Source of the DNA: an uncultured archaeon
GTDB lineage: Archaea; Altiarchaeota; Altiarchaeia; IMC4; SCGC-AAA252-I15
Assembly: GCA_902384455.1 (NCBI GenBank)
Contig: CABMCB010000009.1
Coordinates: forward strand, 1 to 51,308
Direction: 5' to 3'
Length of the DNA stretch: 51,308 nt
Part shown: in pieces, positions 10,210 to 19,138 of the stretch
Layout: every line of letters begins with the position of its first letter
How positions within the stretch are numbered: position 1 is the first letter of the stretch
Program-made: the position numbers and the translations under genes
The notes under the pieces: model-generated
What the model was told of the DNA's origin: nothing
What the model saw: the letters and a program-made list of their open reading frames with translations, nothing else
The model's database searches: none

Positions 10210-11745
10210 GTGCAGGCAAGAGGCGAAAGACGCAAACCCACTCCAGAAGAACTCAAGCACTGGGCGGAAACATTCGAAGCTCTATCCCGGCAAGGACAAA
10301 ACGACGCCGTCCAAAGCATCCGCCTGCTCACTCCAGACGAACTAAAAAACAGCTGGAACGACATATGCGGCTTGGTGGGAAAAAGCCTCGGAAGAAGAAT
10401 CAGCCCGCAAGTACAAACAGCCGCAACATACAGCCTAAAGACTCTGGTAGTGGAAGGAGCAAACTTAGAACGCTTCATAGAACCCGCAGCAAGACTACTT
10501 AGCACGACAAACGCCCCCGAAGTCCAAACAGCCCTACTATCCTTCGCATACGACCTACACAAAAAAAGAAGACAATACGACATTACGCCATTCGCAGCGG
10601 GAGCAACAAAATGCATAACATCAAACAACCCCAAAGTAAAAACAAGCTCACTATACTGCCTCTCCGGACTCGTATCCAACGGACAAGGCCTAAACGAAGC
10701 CGAAACCGCGGTACCTGCCGTCGTGGACGCACTAAGCTCTGAAGAGCCGACTATCGTAGCGGCCGCGGCGTTGACTTTCGGGAAGTTGGCGTTGGCCGAT
10801 GTCGGATACAAGGTTCTCTACGGCGCAACACCCCAGTTAACTCAACTAATCCCCTCGAAGGAACCTTCAGTAAACACTGCAGTATGCGGCTCAATAGCCG
10901 ACTTAGCCAACGCTCCTTCAGGGTACAGAATACCCCCCTCTACAGCCTCTGCAATAGTGGCTCTAGCGTCCCAAGATGAAACCAAGCAAAAATCCTCCGC
11001 ATTAGGTGCAATAGGCGCGTTAGGCGCAATTTGGCATAACTACCATGAGCGGGAAAGATTGAATTCAGCGGTTACGCCGACCATTCAAGCTATATACGAC
11101 CCCAGAGAAGAAGTTTGCGCTTCCGGCTGCGTAGCCTACGGCGGAATAGCCCGAAGCAGAATAGGAATAGAGGAATTAACCCAAAACGCAAAAAGAGTAT
11201 GTGAGCTGCTTAACCACAGCAAACCGTGGGTCTCCTCCTCGGCATGCGGCGCAATAGCTGGGCTTGCGGCCGGAGGTGTTGCCCTTGAAGCTGTTGCTTC
11301 GTCGGCGCCCGTCATAGAAGGTTTCATCGCATCATCACACAATCCCCCGCTTATCTCATCTGCTTGCGTGGCCTTAGTGGAAGCGTCTTTGGCCGGGGTT
11401 CCTTTGAAGGAGGGTCTGGAGTTAGAAGTTTTTCCTCACGTTAAAAGCAGAATCCCTTTCGTCCGCTGGAGCGGATGCACTCTGCTGGGTGAAGTCGGAA
11501 CCTATACGTCGGTTATGCCTCTTTCTGCGGCGCTTGAAAGCGATGACCCCCACACAGTATGGAGGGCGGCGGAGGCGCTCGAGAGAATGAGCATTCGAGG
11601 CGTCGACATAACGCCCTCCGGACAGGCATTGAAAAAACAGCTGGTTAGAAGATGGCCGCCGGACACTCCGTCGGGGATGGTTGAGCACATAATAGAACAC
11701 GTAGGAAACGCCATAGAAATCGCAGGATTGACTACCCAAAGATAA
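10210..11745 (+). CDS. HEAT/ARM-repeat protein
   Basis: Recurrent helical units of about 40 aa (AVPAVVDALSSEEPTIVAAAALTFG; VMPLSAALESDDPHTVWRAAEALE). Confidence 0.75.
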   Translation: MQARGERRKPTPEELKHWAETFEALSRQGQNDAVQSIRLLTPDELKNSWNDICGLVGKSLGRRISPQVQTAATYSLKTLVVEGANLERFIEPAARLLSTTNAPEVQTALLSFAYDLHKKRRQYDITPFAAGATKCITSNNPKVKTSSLYCLSGLVSNGQGLNEAETAVPAVVDALSSEEPTIVAAAALTFGKLALADVGYKVLYGATPQLTQLIPSKEPSVNTAVCGSIADLANAPSGYRIPPSTASAIVALASQDETKQKSSALGAIGALGAIWHNYHERERLNSAVTPTIQAIYDPREEVCASGCVAYGGIARSRIGIEELTQNAKRVCELLNHSKPWVSSSACGAIAGLAAGGVALEAVASSAPVIEGFIASSHNPPLISSACVALVEASLAGVPLKEGLELEVFPHVKSRIPFVRWSGCTLLGEVGTYTSVMPLSAALESDDPHTVWRAAEALERMSIRGVDITPSGQALKKQLVRRWPPDTPSGMVEHIIEHVGNAIEIAGLTTQR

Positions 11746-11751
11746 TCCCGC

Positions 11752-12531
11752 CTAAATCTTTTTCTTAGGAATTATCTCGAACAAAGTAGTCTGTTCTTTC
11801 GTCGTCGCCTGCCCGAACCTCCTGAGGTCCTCGAATACTGCGGGCCACGGCATAGTCGTTTCTATGTTGGTCTGCCGGATTTCGGCGCCGTTTGATTGGC
11901 AGAATGCGTTGACTGCTGCCCGAACCTCCCTTGTGTATTCGTCGCTTCTTCCAGTCTTCGGATAATAGCTCCACCTGAAGAGTATCCTCCAGTCGTCAGG
12001 GTCAAGCAGGCGGGGCACTTCTTAGAAGAACCGCCGCACAGTTTCCACCGGCTGGTATTGGGGCGTTTTCGAAGCCTTATCGTATCCTGGATACGGCGAA
12101 GGAGTGAAAACGAAAAGATTATGCTTACCCCCCACCTGCCTAAACAAGTCGCTTAAGCCGGGGGCAACAACATTGTCTACGCCGTTGGCCAAAGCATTAT
12201 CTCTCGCGCAAGAAAGGCAATCCCCCTTAGAATCAACGGCCAAAACCCGTGAAGCACCCTTTAATGCGGCGGCAACAGACAACACGCCGGTGCCGCACCC
12301 GGCGTCCACGACGCGCTTCCCCGTCAAGTCCCCCATAGCATCCACGACAATCTTTGTGAGCTCGCGTGTTGGCGGATAAGTATTCTCATAAACCCGGATA
12401 ATCATCTGCGGCTCGTCCTCGTACCTAAAGACTCCCGCGTCAACCAACCTGTCCGGCACCATCAAATCAGGCGCACCCGGCTGAACAACAGAACCCTTCC
12501 GCCCGCCACCAACGCCTCCACCATGCAGCAT
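11752..12531 (-). pseudogene. Class I SAM methyltransferase (PrmA/HemK-like) interrupted by an in-frame TAA at 12022-12024
   Basis: ORFs 12022-12531 and 11752-12018 are in the same frame: TYPP..VVDAGCGTG..AVD..SDLF..TPSPY..VRRFF*EVPRLLDPDD. Confidence 0.7.
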
Positions 12532-12539
12532 ACAGTAAA

Positions 12540-12562
12540 AAACGGGGAAACAGAAGGTTAAA
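12540..12562 (-). promoter_or_regulatory. Putative promoter, TTTAAC-N8-TCCCCGTT
   Basis: The TATA-like hexamer lies 26-31 nt upstream of the ATG at 12531. The same motif lies upstream of the two neighbouring genes. Confidence 0.45.
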
Positions 12563-12567
12563 TCCGA

Positions 12568-13920
12568 TTAAACACCCTCAACCTGCCTAAGCGCCCTGAC
12601 TAAAGGACTGCCGGAAAAATCCATAAGCGGTTTATGTTCTTCCGTTGACGCATGTAATACGCTGTCCACAAGCGGCAGCCCCAAGTATCCTCCTTCGACT
12701 TTTCCTCTGACTGCCGCTTCCCCAAGCTGCCGCCTTAATTCGGGGTCTACGTCGTAGAAGCAGGCGTCCATGTAGGCGCGCCCAAGACCGACGTCGACTC
12801 CTAAATTCTCTTTCAACTGCTCGTCCACCCGAAGCACTGGCAGCAAACTCTGCCTGATTTGGATTGCGTGGTAGGCGATTCTCTGCGGCGCAGGCATGTC
12901 TTTAACGACTTCAGAATCATGCAGGTCCCTCATGAACGCCCAAGAATAATCCAACAGATTGCTCTTAACGCTGCCGGCCCGGATACTCGAAAGAGCCGTT
13001 GTTCCTCCGCTCACCATCTCAACCGTATGCTCAATGTTCCCTCCATGCCCGCTCAAATGCACAAACCCCCTATCGTAAAAAACCCTCAAACCCAAAGCCG
13101 ACGCAGCCACAACGCCACCCATAATATCCTTCCAAGCGTCCATCCCAACCTGATTACCCTCCTCCTCACAATCGGCGTAACCACCCTGCGCCTTATTCAA
13201 AAACTGCGTACCCGAATGCAAATTCAACTCCTCCTCCTCGGACCTCTTAGGCAGAAGCGTGCCAACAACGCCCAAAGGCACAATCTGACTATGACCGAAA
13301 GCCGCAGCAACCTCCGGAACATCAACCGCCTGCTGATACTGCCCATACAAAGCAACAGGATGAACCAAACAACCAGCCCGCAAAGCCAAAGACGCCACCC
13401 TAAACTCCTGCCTCGCAAGATACCCGAACATAGCCTCCAACGGCTCATTAGGCCTAATCCTCGGGATTATCACGCCGTCGGGAGTAGCCTGTGAATCAGT
13501 TCGAAAAGAGCCTTCCACACGAGGGATATCCTCACCCTCAAGAACCCTATGAGCCTCAATCAAATCAAACCTCTCCTCATTCACCCTTTTAGGATCAAAA
13601 ACACTCCCCTTCAACTGAATCCTATCGTAAGACGGAAGCGGCCCGTCACCAGAAACCTCATTCCTCAAAGGCACCACCACAGACCGGCTGCGACCAGGCA
13701 CCTGACCCACTTTACGTTCGTAATCCACCCCCTCAACCAAACTATCAAACCTCGAAGTCAAAACCCGGCTAATCCTCTTGACGTCCTCAGTACGAAAATG
13801 CCTGTAAAACAAATCATCAAACTCCAAAAACAAAGGCCGACTATACACGGAACCAGTAAGGTCGTATAATGTGCACGGAATGTCGTCAGGCCCCTTCTGG
13901 CCGTAGATGATGCGCATCAA
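12568..13920 (-). CDS. Divergent SelO-like/protein-kinase-like fold protein, paralogue A (ATG start probably 13917)
   Basis: GRSRS..IQLKGS..QEFRVA..RAGC..GFVHLSGHGGN..RDL follows the order of SelO motifs (LKG, REF, GFVHGVMNTDN, D). Confidence 0.55.
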   Translation of the reverse strand: MMRIIYGQKGPDDIPCTLYDLTGSVYSRPLFLEFDDLFYRHFRTEDVKRISRVLTSRFDSLVEGVDYERKVGQVPGRSRSVVVPLRNEVSGDGPLPSYDRIQLKGSVFDPKRVNEERFDLIEAHRVLEGEDIPRVEGSFRTDSQATPDGVIIPRIRPNEPLEAMFGYLARQEFRVASLALRAGCLVHPVALYGQYQQAVDVPEVAAAFGHSQIVPLGVVGTLLPKRSEEEELNLHSGTQFLNKAQGGYADCEEEGNQVGMDAWKDIMGGVVAASALGLRVFYDRGFVHLSGHGGNIEHTVEMVSGGTTALSSIRAGSVKSNLLDYSWAFMRDLHDSEVVKDMPAPQRIAYHAIQIRQSLLPVLRVDEQLKENLGVDVGLGRAYMDACFYDVDPELRRQLGEAAVRGKVEGGYLGLPLVDSVLHASTEEHKPLMDFSGSPLVRALRQVEGV

Positions 13921-13925
13921 ATAAT

Positions 13926-13945
13926 AACGGGATTGCGTCGTTAAA
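13926..13945 (-). promoter_or_regulatory. Putative promoter, TTTAAC-N7-TCCCGTT
   Basis: The hexamer lies 23-28 nt upstream of the ATG at 13917. Confidence 0.45.
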
Positions 13946-13952
13946 GAGCAAG

Positions 13953-15299
13953 CTACTCAGGATACTGCATCTTCAACGCCTTAACCAAGGGATTATCCCC
14001 AAACTCGATTATCGGCCGTTTGCGTTCAGCGGACAGCTGGAAGAGGTTTTCAATTGCTGGTCTTCCGCTTTGGCCAATCTTGGAGAAGGAGGCGAGTTGG
14101 TCGAGTAGGAAGCGGTCGTCTACTCCGTCGAAGTATTGCATGGCCACGCTCATGAAGTCAAAGCCTCTTTGGTTGAAGAGGGGGTAACTGTCGTATCTTC
14201 CTGCGTAAGCGAGCATCGACTTGAGGTCGAGTGCTATGCAGCCGATTTTCTGCGCGTATGGCATTTCAGTCAGAGGTTCGACGTTAAGCAGGTCTGCTGC
14301 TATCATGCGTTCGCCGGCGGGCGCGGAAGCTATTCTCTCCCAGTTGTCGTGGGCGAAATAAAACTGGCCTGGATGAGGGCTTTCATGGTAAAAGCCTTCT
14401 TTGCCTGCCGCGTCATCCCTCCTATGCCACCTCGCCAGTCGTCTCACGTACGCCAGGAAAACAGCATGAGTTTTTTCCCGCCACTCATCAATGACGCTCA
14501 TGTCGCCCTTGCTTACAACCGGGTCATACTCCTCCGAAAGATTTCCTATAACCGCCCCAGTATACAGTCGAGAAGGCGAAGTCAAACCCACTGCCATAGC
14601 ACCCAACCTAAGGCCGTTGGGCGGCACGATACTGGGGTCGTACTCATACCAATTCAGGGGGTAATCTACGTCTTCGCCTCCGTTTAGGCATCTGCGGTGA
14701 GCTCGCGCTTCGCCTAAAGTCTCGGATAAAAATCCTCCTCCAAGCGGCTCATTCACGTGAGGGGTCTGAACGACCTTTCCTGCCTCATCAATATACCAGT
14801 CCATTCGGACGGCGCGGGAAGGCACCTTCCACCCCATAACTTCTGCCTGCATCCTAAGCAAATCAAACTCCCTGTCGAGGTTGCTTGGGTCAAAGGCGAC
14901 TCCTTTCAGCCGGACGGCGTAAATCGTATGGTTTCCTACCTGTATCGGCTCAGGAAGCATGAATGAAACAGTCCTGAAGCTTCCCTTCCCATCCTTATAC
15001 CCAGTGCCGTGAATCTTGTCGTAGTCGACGCCCTCCTTCAACGTCTTAAAGTCGGAGGTGACGATGCGGTCCATCCTGGCGAAAACTTCGGTTGGAACCA
15101 CATCAGCTGCTGCAGGGTCTCTGTGGGCTTTGGCCGGACGAACACCGCCGACCTCAACAGCCGGCAGATACATCTCATGGGCTTCGGCGGCGACCCTCGT
15201 CATCCTATGTTGAATGAAGTCTGGAACTGAAGGAAACAATGAAGCAACCAAGTCAGGGTCAACCTGACTGCTGCCTTTTCCGCCTGAAACAACCTTCAT
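13953..15299 (-). CDS. Divergent SelO-like/protein-kinase-like fold protein, paralogue B
   Basis: Collinear with paralogue A: EGVDY, VRLKGVAFDP, NEPL, GFYHESPHPGQ, ADL, MPYAQKI, NPLVKALK. Confidence 0.55.
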   Translation of the reverse strand: MKVVSGGKGSSQVDPDLVASLFPSVPDFIQHRMTRVAAEAHEMYLPAVEVGGVRPAKAHRDPAAADVVPTEVFARMDRIVTSDFKTLKEGVDYDKIHGTGYKDGKGSFRTVSFMLPEPIQVGNHTIYAVRLKGVAFDPSNLDREFDLLRMQAEVMGWKVPSRAVRMDWYIDEAGKVVQTPHVNEPLGGGFLSETLGEARAHRRCLNGGEDVDYPLNWYEYDPSIVPPNGLRLGAMAVGLTSPSRLYTGAVIGNLSEEYDPVVSKGDMSVIDEWREKTHAVFLAYVRRLARWHRRDDAAGKEGFYHESPHPGQFYFAHDNWERIASAPAGERMIAADLLNVEPLTEMPYAQKIGCIALDLKSMLAYAGRYDSYPLFNQRGFDFMSVAMQYFDGVDDRFLLDQLASFSKIGQSGRPAIENLFQLSAERKRPIIEFGDNPLVKALKMQYPE

Positions 15300-15310
15300 A
15301 GTCCATTAAC

Positions 15311-15331
15311 ACCGGGGAAAACTACGTTAAA
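15311..15331 (-). promoter_or_regulatory. Putative promoter, TTTAAC-N7-TCCCCGGT
   Basis: The hexamer lies 27-32 nt upstream of the ATG at 15299, in the divergent gap before gatB. Confidence 0.45.
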
Positions 15332-15374
15332 ACCACCCTTTAATTTCCCCGTTTCCCCATTCATTCAACAACCT

Positions 15375-16754
15375 ATGGACGAGGAGAAAGTCTCAGTAAC
15401 AATCGGAGTGGAAGTCCACGTGCCACTTAAGACACAGCAGAAACTATTCTGCTCATGCCCAACCAACTACTACGAGCTGGAGACGCCAAACGTAAACGTC
15501 TGCCCCGTCTGCACCGGAATGCCCGGAAGCAAACCGTACCCCATCAACGAAAGCGCGATAGAAACCGTCGTAATGATAGCGGAACTTTTGAACTGCGAAA
15601 TAGAAAAAGAAAACATTTTCATAAAAAGAAAACACTACAACTACCCAGACCTACCCAGCGGATACCAACGCACAAGCGAACCAATAGGAAAAAAAGGAAA
15701 ACTAAACGGAATAGGCCTCTGGGAAGTGCACATAGAAGAAGACCCCGGAAGATACGACCTAGATAGCGGACGGGTTGACTACAACAGAAGCGGCTGCCCG
15801 TTGATTGAGATTGTTAGCGCGCCTGAAATGCACAGCCCGGAGGAGATGCGCAACTTCCTTAAGGAGCTCACAAACCTGCTCAAGTACACCGGCCGCGTCG
15901 CAGACGTCGGCGGAATAATGCGCGCGGACGTGAACATCTCGATTGAAGGCGGAAGCAAGGTGGAAATCAAGAACATAAACAGCGTCCACGGCGCATACAA
16001 AGCCGTCCTATACGAAATAGTCCGCCAGAAAAGCCTTATGAAACGAGGCATCGCAGTCAAGCAGGAGACGCGCGGATTCAACGAAAAAAGCCTCATAACA
16101 CAATCACAACGCCTTAAGGAGTCGGCTGCGGACTACCGTTACATTCCTGACCCCGACATTCCCCCGCAGAAATTTGAGGAAAAATTCATTGCCTCAATTG
16201 AGCTTCCTGAGACGCCGCAGCGGCTTAAGGACAGAATCATTGCGACGTACAAAGTGGAGCCTAAGTACGCGGACACGCTTGTGAGGAACAAACCGCTTGC
16301 CGACGCATTCCTCACTGTCGCTGCTGAAAAAGGCATTGATTCAGCGCTTGCGGCGAAGTGGCTGTGCGAGGAAGTCACAGCGCAAATCAACTTCAGGGGC
16401 GTAGAATACGACGAAACCAAACTGTCAAATAAAATACTCGTCAGCTGGCTGCGCTTAATCGAACACAAGAAAGTCACAGACATAGTCGCCAAAAAACTAC
16501 TGGAACGCTTCATAGACTCAGGCGAAGACCCCACCGAAATAGTGAAAAAAGAAGGCCTTGCGGTAGTCGCCGACACGTCGGCGCTTGCCCAAGTAGTCGA
16601 AGCCGTCCTTAAAGAAAACTCTCAGGCCGCCGCCGACCTCAAATCCGGCAACACCAAGTCAATGAACTTTTTGATGGGCAAAGTGATGAAGCAGATGCGC
16701 GGCGCAGCAGACGCAGACACAACAAGAAAACTGATAGACGAAAAAACAAGGTAA
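15375..16754 (+). CDS. gatB: Asp-tRNA(Asn)/Glu-tRNA(Gln) amidotransferase subunit B
   Basis: IGVEVH..KLFC, CPVCTGMPG, RKHYNYPDLP, EEDPG, DYNRSGCPLIEIV, EIKNINS, DYRYIPDPD, FLMGKVMK. Confidence 0.96.
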   Translation: MDEEKVSVTIGVEVHVPLKTQQKLFCSCPTNYYELETPNVNVCPVCTGMPGSKPYPINESAIETVVMIAELLNCEIEKENIFIKRKHYNYPDLPSGYQRTSEPIGKKGKLNGIGLWEVHIEEDPGRYDLDSGRVDYNRSGCPLIEIVSAPEMHSPEEMRNFLKELTNLLKYTGRVADVGGIMRADVNISIEGGSKVEIKNINSVHGAYKAVLYEIVRQKSLMKRGIAVKQETRGFNEKSLITQSQRLKESAADYRYIPDPDIPPQKFEEKFIASIELPETPQRLKDRIIATYKVEPKYADTLVRNKPLADAFLTVAAEKGIDSALAAKWLCEEVTAQINFRGVEYDETKLSNKILVSWLRLIEHKKVTDIVAKKLLERFIDSGEDPTEIVKKEGLAVVADTSALAQVVEAVLKENSQAAADLKSGNTKSMNFLMGKVMKQMRGAADADTTRKLIDEKTR

Positions 16755-16755
16755 A

Positions 16756-17244
16756 ATGCACGCTAACCCCCGCCAGCCAGTAAACCAGCGCGCTTTCGCA
16801 AGAACCATATCTTTCGGCGAAGACCTAAACGACTTCGGAGGAAGCGCCGGACCCGAATACTACGACCTATCAAGGGAATACGAAAAAGACCTGCTGCCGA
16901 AACTATTGGAATCCGGCCCGCTTGCGCAAACCACACTAGACCTAATAAGGAGGCCTCCTGCGCCGGATTCGGATTTGAGTTTAAGCCCTTTTGAACATCA
17001 GCTTGTTTCATTTTCGAGGAGGCTTAGGAACGTGGATTTAATGGAGGGGTTTATGAAGTGCGCCCAGTTCCTTACGACGTTAGACCACGACACAAACGAG
17101 TACCGGCAGATTGCCCGAAGGTTCGGGATTAAACAACCGGAGGCGACAAATCAACAACCTGAAGTGCCCGCACCCAAACAAATAACGTCCGCCGCTCCGC
17201 AGAAGATAGACTCCCACGGCAGGACGGCAACAAGCTTAGATTGA
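16756..17244 (+). CDS. Hypothetical protein
   Basis: 162-aa ORF starting just after the gatB stop and filling the gap to tyrS; no motif recognised. Confidence 0.55.
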   Translation: MHANPRQPVNQRAFARTISFGEDLNDFGGSAGPEYYDLSREYEKDLLPKLLESGPLAQTTLDLIRRPPAPDSDLSLSPFEHQLVSFSRRLRNVDLMEGFMKCAQFLTTLDHDTNEYRQIARRFGIKQPEATNQQPEVPAPKQITSAAPQKIDSHGRTATSLD

Positions 17245-18225
17245 AGTCTTCTGTTTCGGCAGCGTCATTCCTTTTTTCTTCAGGTGTTCTCGCGCGGGCT
17301 CAAGGATTTCAGCGAGGTTTTTTGCGACGGCCGTTTTGAGGTCTGCGGGGTGTAGTTTGCCTGAAACGTAGTCTGAGTCTAGTGAGTCTGCGTTTTGGTA
17401 TGTGGTGTTTCCGCCGAACTTTTCAGGGCGCTCGACTGTCAACGTTCCTTTGCGGGGGAAAATGAGGTAGCGCACGATGTCCAATACTGGGTTGCTTTCC
17501 TTAGTAGGTGGGCAGTATGCTTTCTTCATTTTGGAGGCGATGCTTTCGGGCGCCTCGTCTATTGCGACAAGCGAGTCTGGAACTGAAGAGCTCATTTTGC
17601 TTTCAGGCCCCTTAAGCGAACACAACAGCGGAGTGTGGACTATCACCGGCTTCCTGTATCCGACCTCCGGCAGTATCTCCCTTGCAAGCATGTGAATTTT
17701 GCGCTGCTCTAACCCTCCGTAGGCGACGTCAGCATTAAGGTGCTTTATGTCAGCAATCTGCATCAGCGGGTAAATAACCTGGCTTGTGTGGGCATTCTCC
17801 ATGTCGCGCGCCACCTCCTGCATGCTACGCAAGGCTCGGTTGAGCGTCGTCTTCTGCGCGATGTCCAACACGTCGTGGACGTACTCCCGGTTGTACTGGA
17901 AGTCGCTCCCGCGCACGAACTCCGCCTTATTCAAACCCAAACCAACAAAACACTCCTTCCAGAAACCAACCATCTCAGCAATCCAATCCTCAGACCCCTT
18001 CCTGTTTAAGCCCGTGTGGATGTCGGCAAACAAAACCTTAACTTTGAACCCCGCACTCTGAAAATCCAAAAGCTTCTGGACCGTCATCATGTGGCCTATG
18101 TGCACCGGACCAGAAGTTTCGTATCCGCAATATACTGTGGGGTGGCCTGATTTATGGCATAATTCGGTGAGTTCCGCAGGCTCAACCACTTCGACGGTGT
18201 TCCTTCGGACGAGAGATTCGTCCAT
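17236..18225 (-). CDS. tyrS: Tyrosine--tRNA ligase (archaeal type)
   Basis: YCGYETSG..HIGH, YPLMQIAD, GGLEQRKIHMLARE, KMSSS, RPEKFGG, LHPADLK. Confidence 0.96.
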   Translation of the reverse strand: MDESLVRRNTVEVVEPAELTELCHKSGHPTVYCGYETSGPVHIGHMMTVQKLLDFQSAGFKVKVLFADIHTGLNRKGSEDWIAEMVGFWKECFVGLGLNKAEFVRGSDFQYNREYVHDVLDIAQKTTLNRALRSMQEVARDMENAHTSQVIYPLMQIADIKHLNADVAYGGLEQRKIHMLAREILPEVGYRKPVIVHTPLLCSLKGPESKMSSSVPDSLVAIDEAPESIASKMKKAYCPPTKESNPVLDIVRYLIFPRKGTLTVERPEKFGGNTTYQNADSLDSDYVSGKLHPADLKTAVAKNLAEILEPAREHLKKKGMTLPKQKTSI

Positions 18226-18227
18226 GT

Positions 18228-18476
18228 TTACGTCAAAGCCTCCAGGTCGCTTATTATGTTCCAGATGAACGTTTTTGCGTGCATCGGGATGTTGACGTCG
18301 CTGCTGACGCCTTCAAGTTCGTACACCAGGGTGGTCACCTTCACGTTCCAGTCGGGGGACTCCTTCTTAATCTTCTTGAGCTCGTCCTTGACGTGAGTTA
18401 GGGTGGTCTTCACGCGCCTTGGAAGTGCGGGGTCCACTTGGGCTTCGTCAATCTTCTGGAGTACGTCGTCTAACAT
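18228..18476 (-). CDS. UPF0147 family protein
   Basis: DPALPRRVK..LEGVSSDVNIPMHAKTFIWNIISDLE. Confidence 0.85.
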   Translation of the reverse strand: MLDDVLQKIDEAQVDPALPRRVKTTLTHVKDELKKIKKESPDWNVKVTTLVYELEGVSSDVNIPMHAKTFIWNIISDLEALT

Positions 18477-18541
18477 AATTTTCAGCCGCCATTAAAGAAA
18501 GCGGACAACCTTATAATAGGGTAGGTTGTAATTTAAAAGCG

Positions 18542-19138
18542 ATGGAACTCGTCCACAAGGGCGCTGAAGCGGAATTATTCCGCGAAGGCGACGTGCTTTT
18601 GAAGCGCCGCTCGCAAAAGAAATACCGCATACCTGAGGTTGACGATTTAATCCGCAAGAGACGGACCCGCAGGGAAGCCAAGGTGCTTAAGCAGCTGGCT
18701 GAGATGGGCGTGCCTGCGCCCAAACTAATTTCTGTGGACGAGAAAAGCTGCGAGCTCAAGATGGAGTACATCGACGGCAAAAAAGCCAAAGACCTCTTCG
18801 AAGAATTGCCAATGAAAGAGGCGGAAGCATTGTCCCGCCGCGTAGGAGAACTTCTGAAGCAAGTCCACGACGCCCACATAATACACAACGACCTAACAGG
18901 AAGCAACCTCCTTGTCACCAAAAAAATAGGCGTACACCTAATCGACTGGGGCCTGTCCGTCCAAAGCACCCGCACAGAAGACAAAGCAATGGACCTCGTA
19001 GTCTACAGAAGAAACCTACAAGCCACCCACCCACAAAGATTCCAACACCTCTGGGACGCAATGACCCAAGGATACGGACAAGAAACAGACGCAATAAAAC
19101 AAGTACAGAAAATACTCCACAGAGGAAGATACCTGTGA
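18542..19138 (+). CDS. bud32: KEOPS complex kinase/ATPase Bud32
   Basis: KGAEA, KRR..KKYRIPEVD..IRKRRTRREA, MEYIDG, IHNDLTGSN, IDWGL, EDKAMDL, RGRY. Confidence 0.93.
   Translation: MELVHKGAEAELFREGDVLLKRRSQKKYRIPEVDDLIRKRRTRREAKVLKQLAEMGVPAPKLISVDEKSCELKMEYIDGKKAKDLFEELPMKEAEALSRRVGELLKQVHDAHIIHNDLTGSNLLVTKKIGVHLIDWGLSVQSTRTEDKAMDLVVYRRNLQATHPQRFQHLWDAMTQGYGQETDAIKQVQKILHRGRYL

Noticed and set aside
12022-12024. Stop-codon reassignment or Sec/Pyl recoding
   Set aside because: The codon is TAA, not TGA or TAG, and all three stops end conserved genes normally in this window.
15251-15269. Hairpin AGTCAGG-N5-CCTGACT
   Set aside because: Single 7-bp stem inside a coding region; expected by chance.
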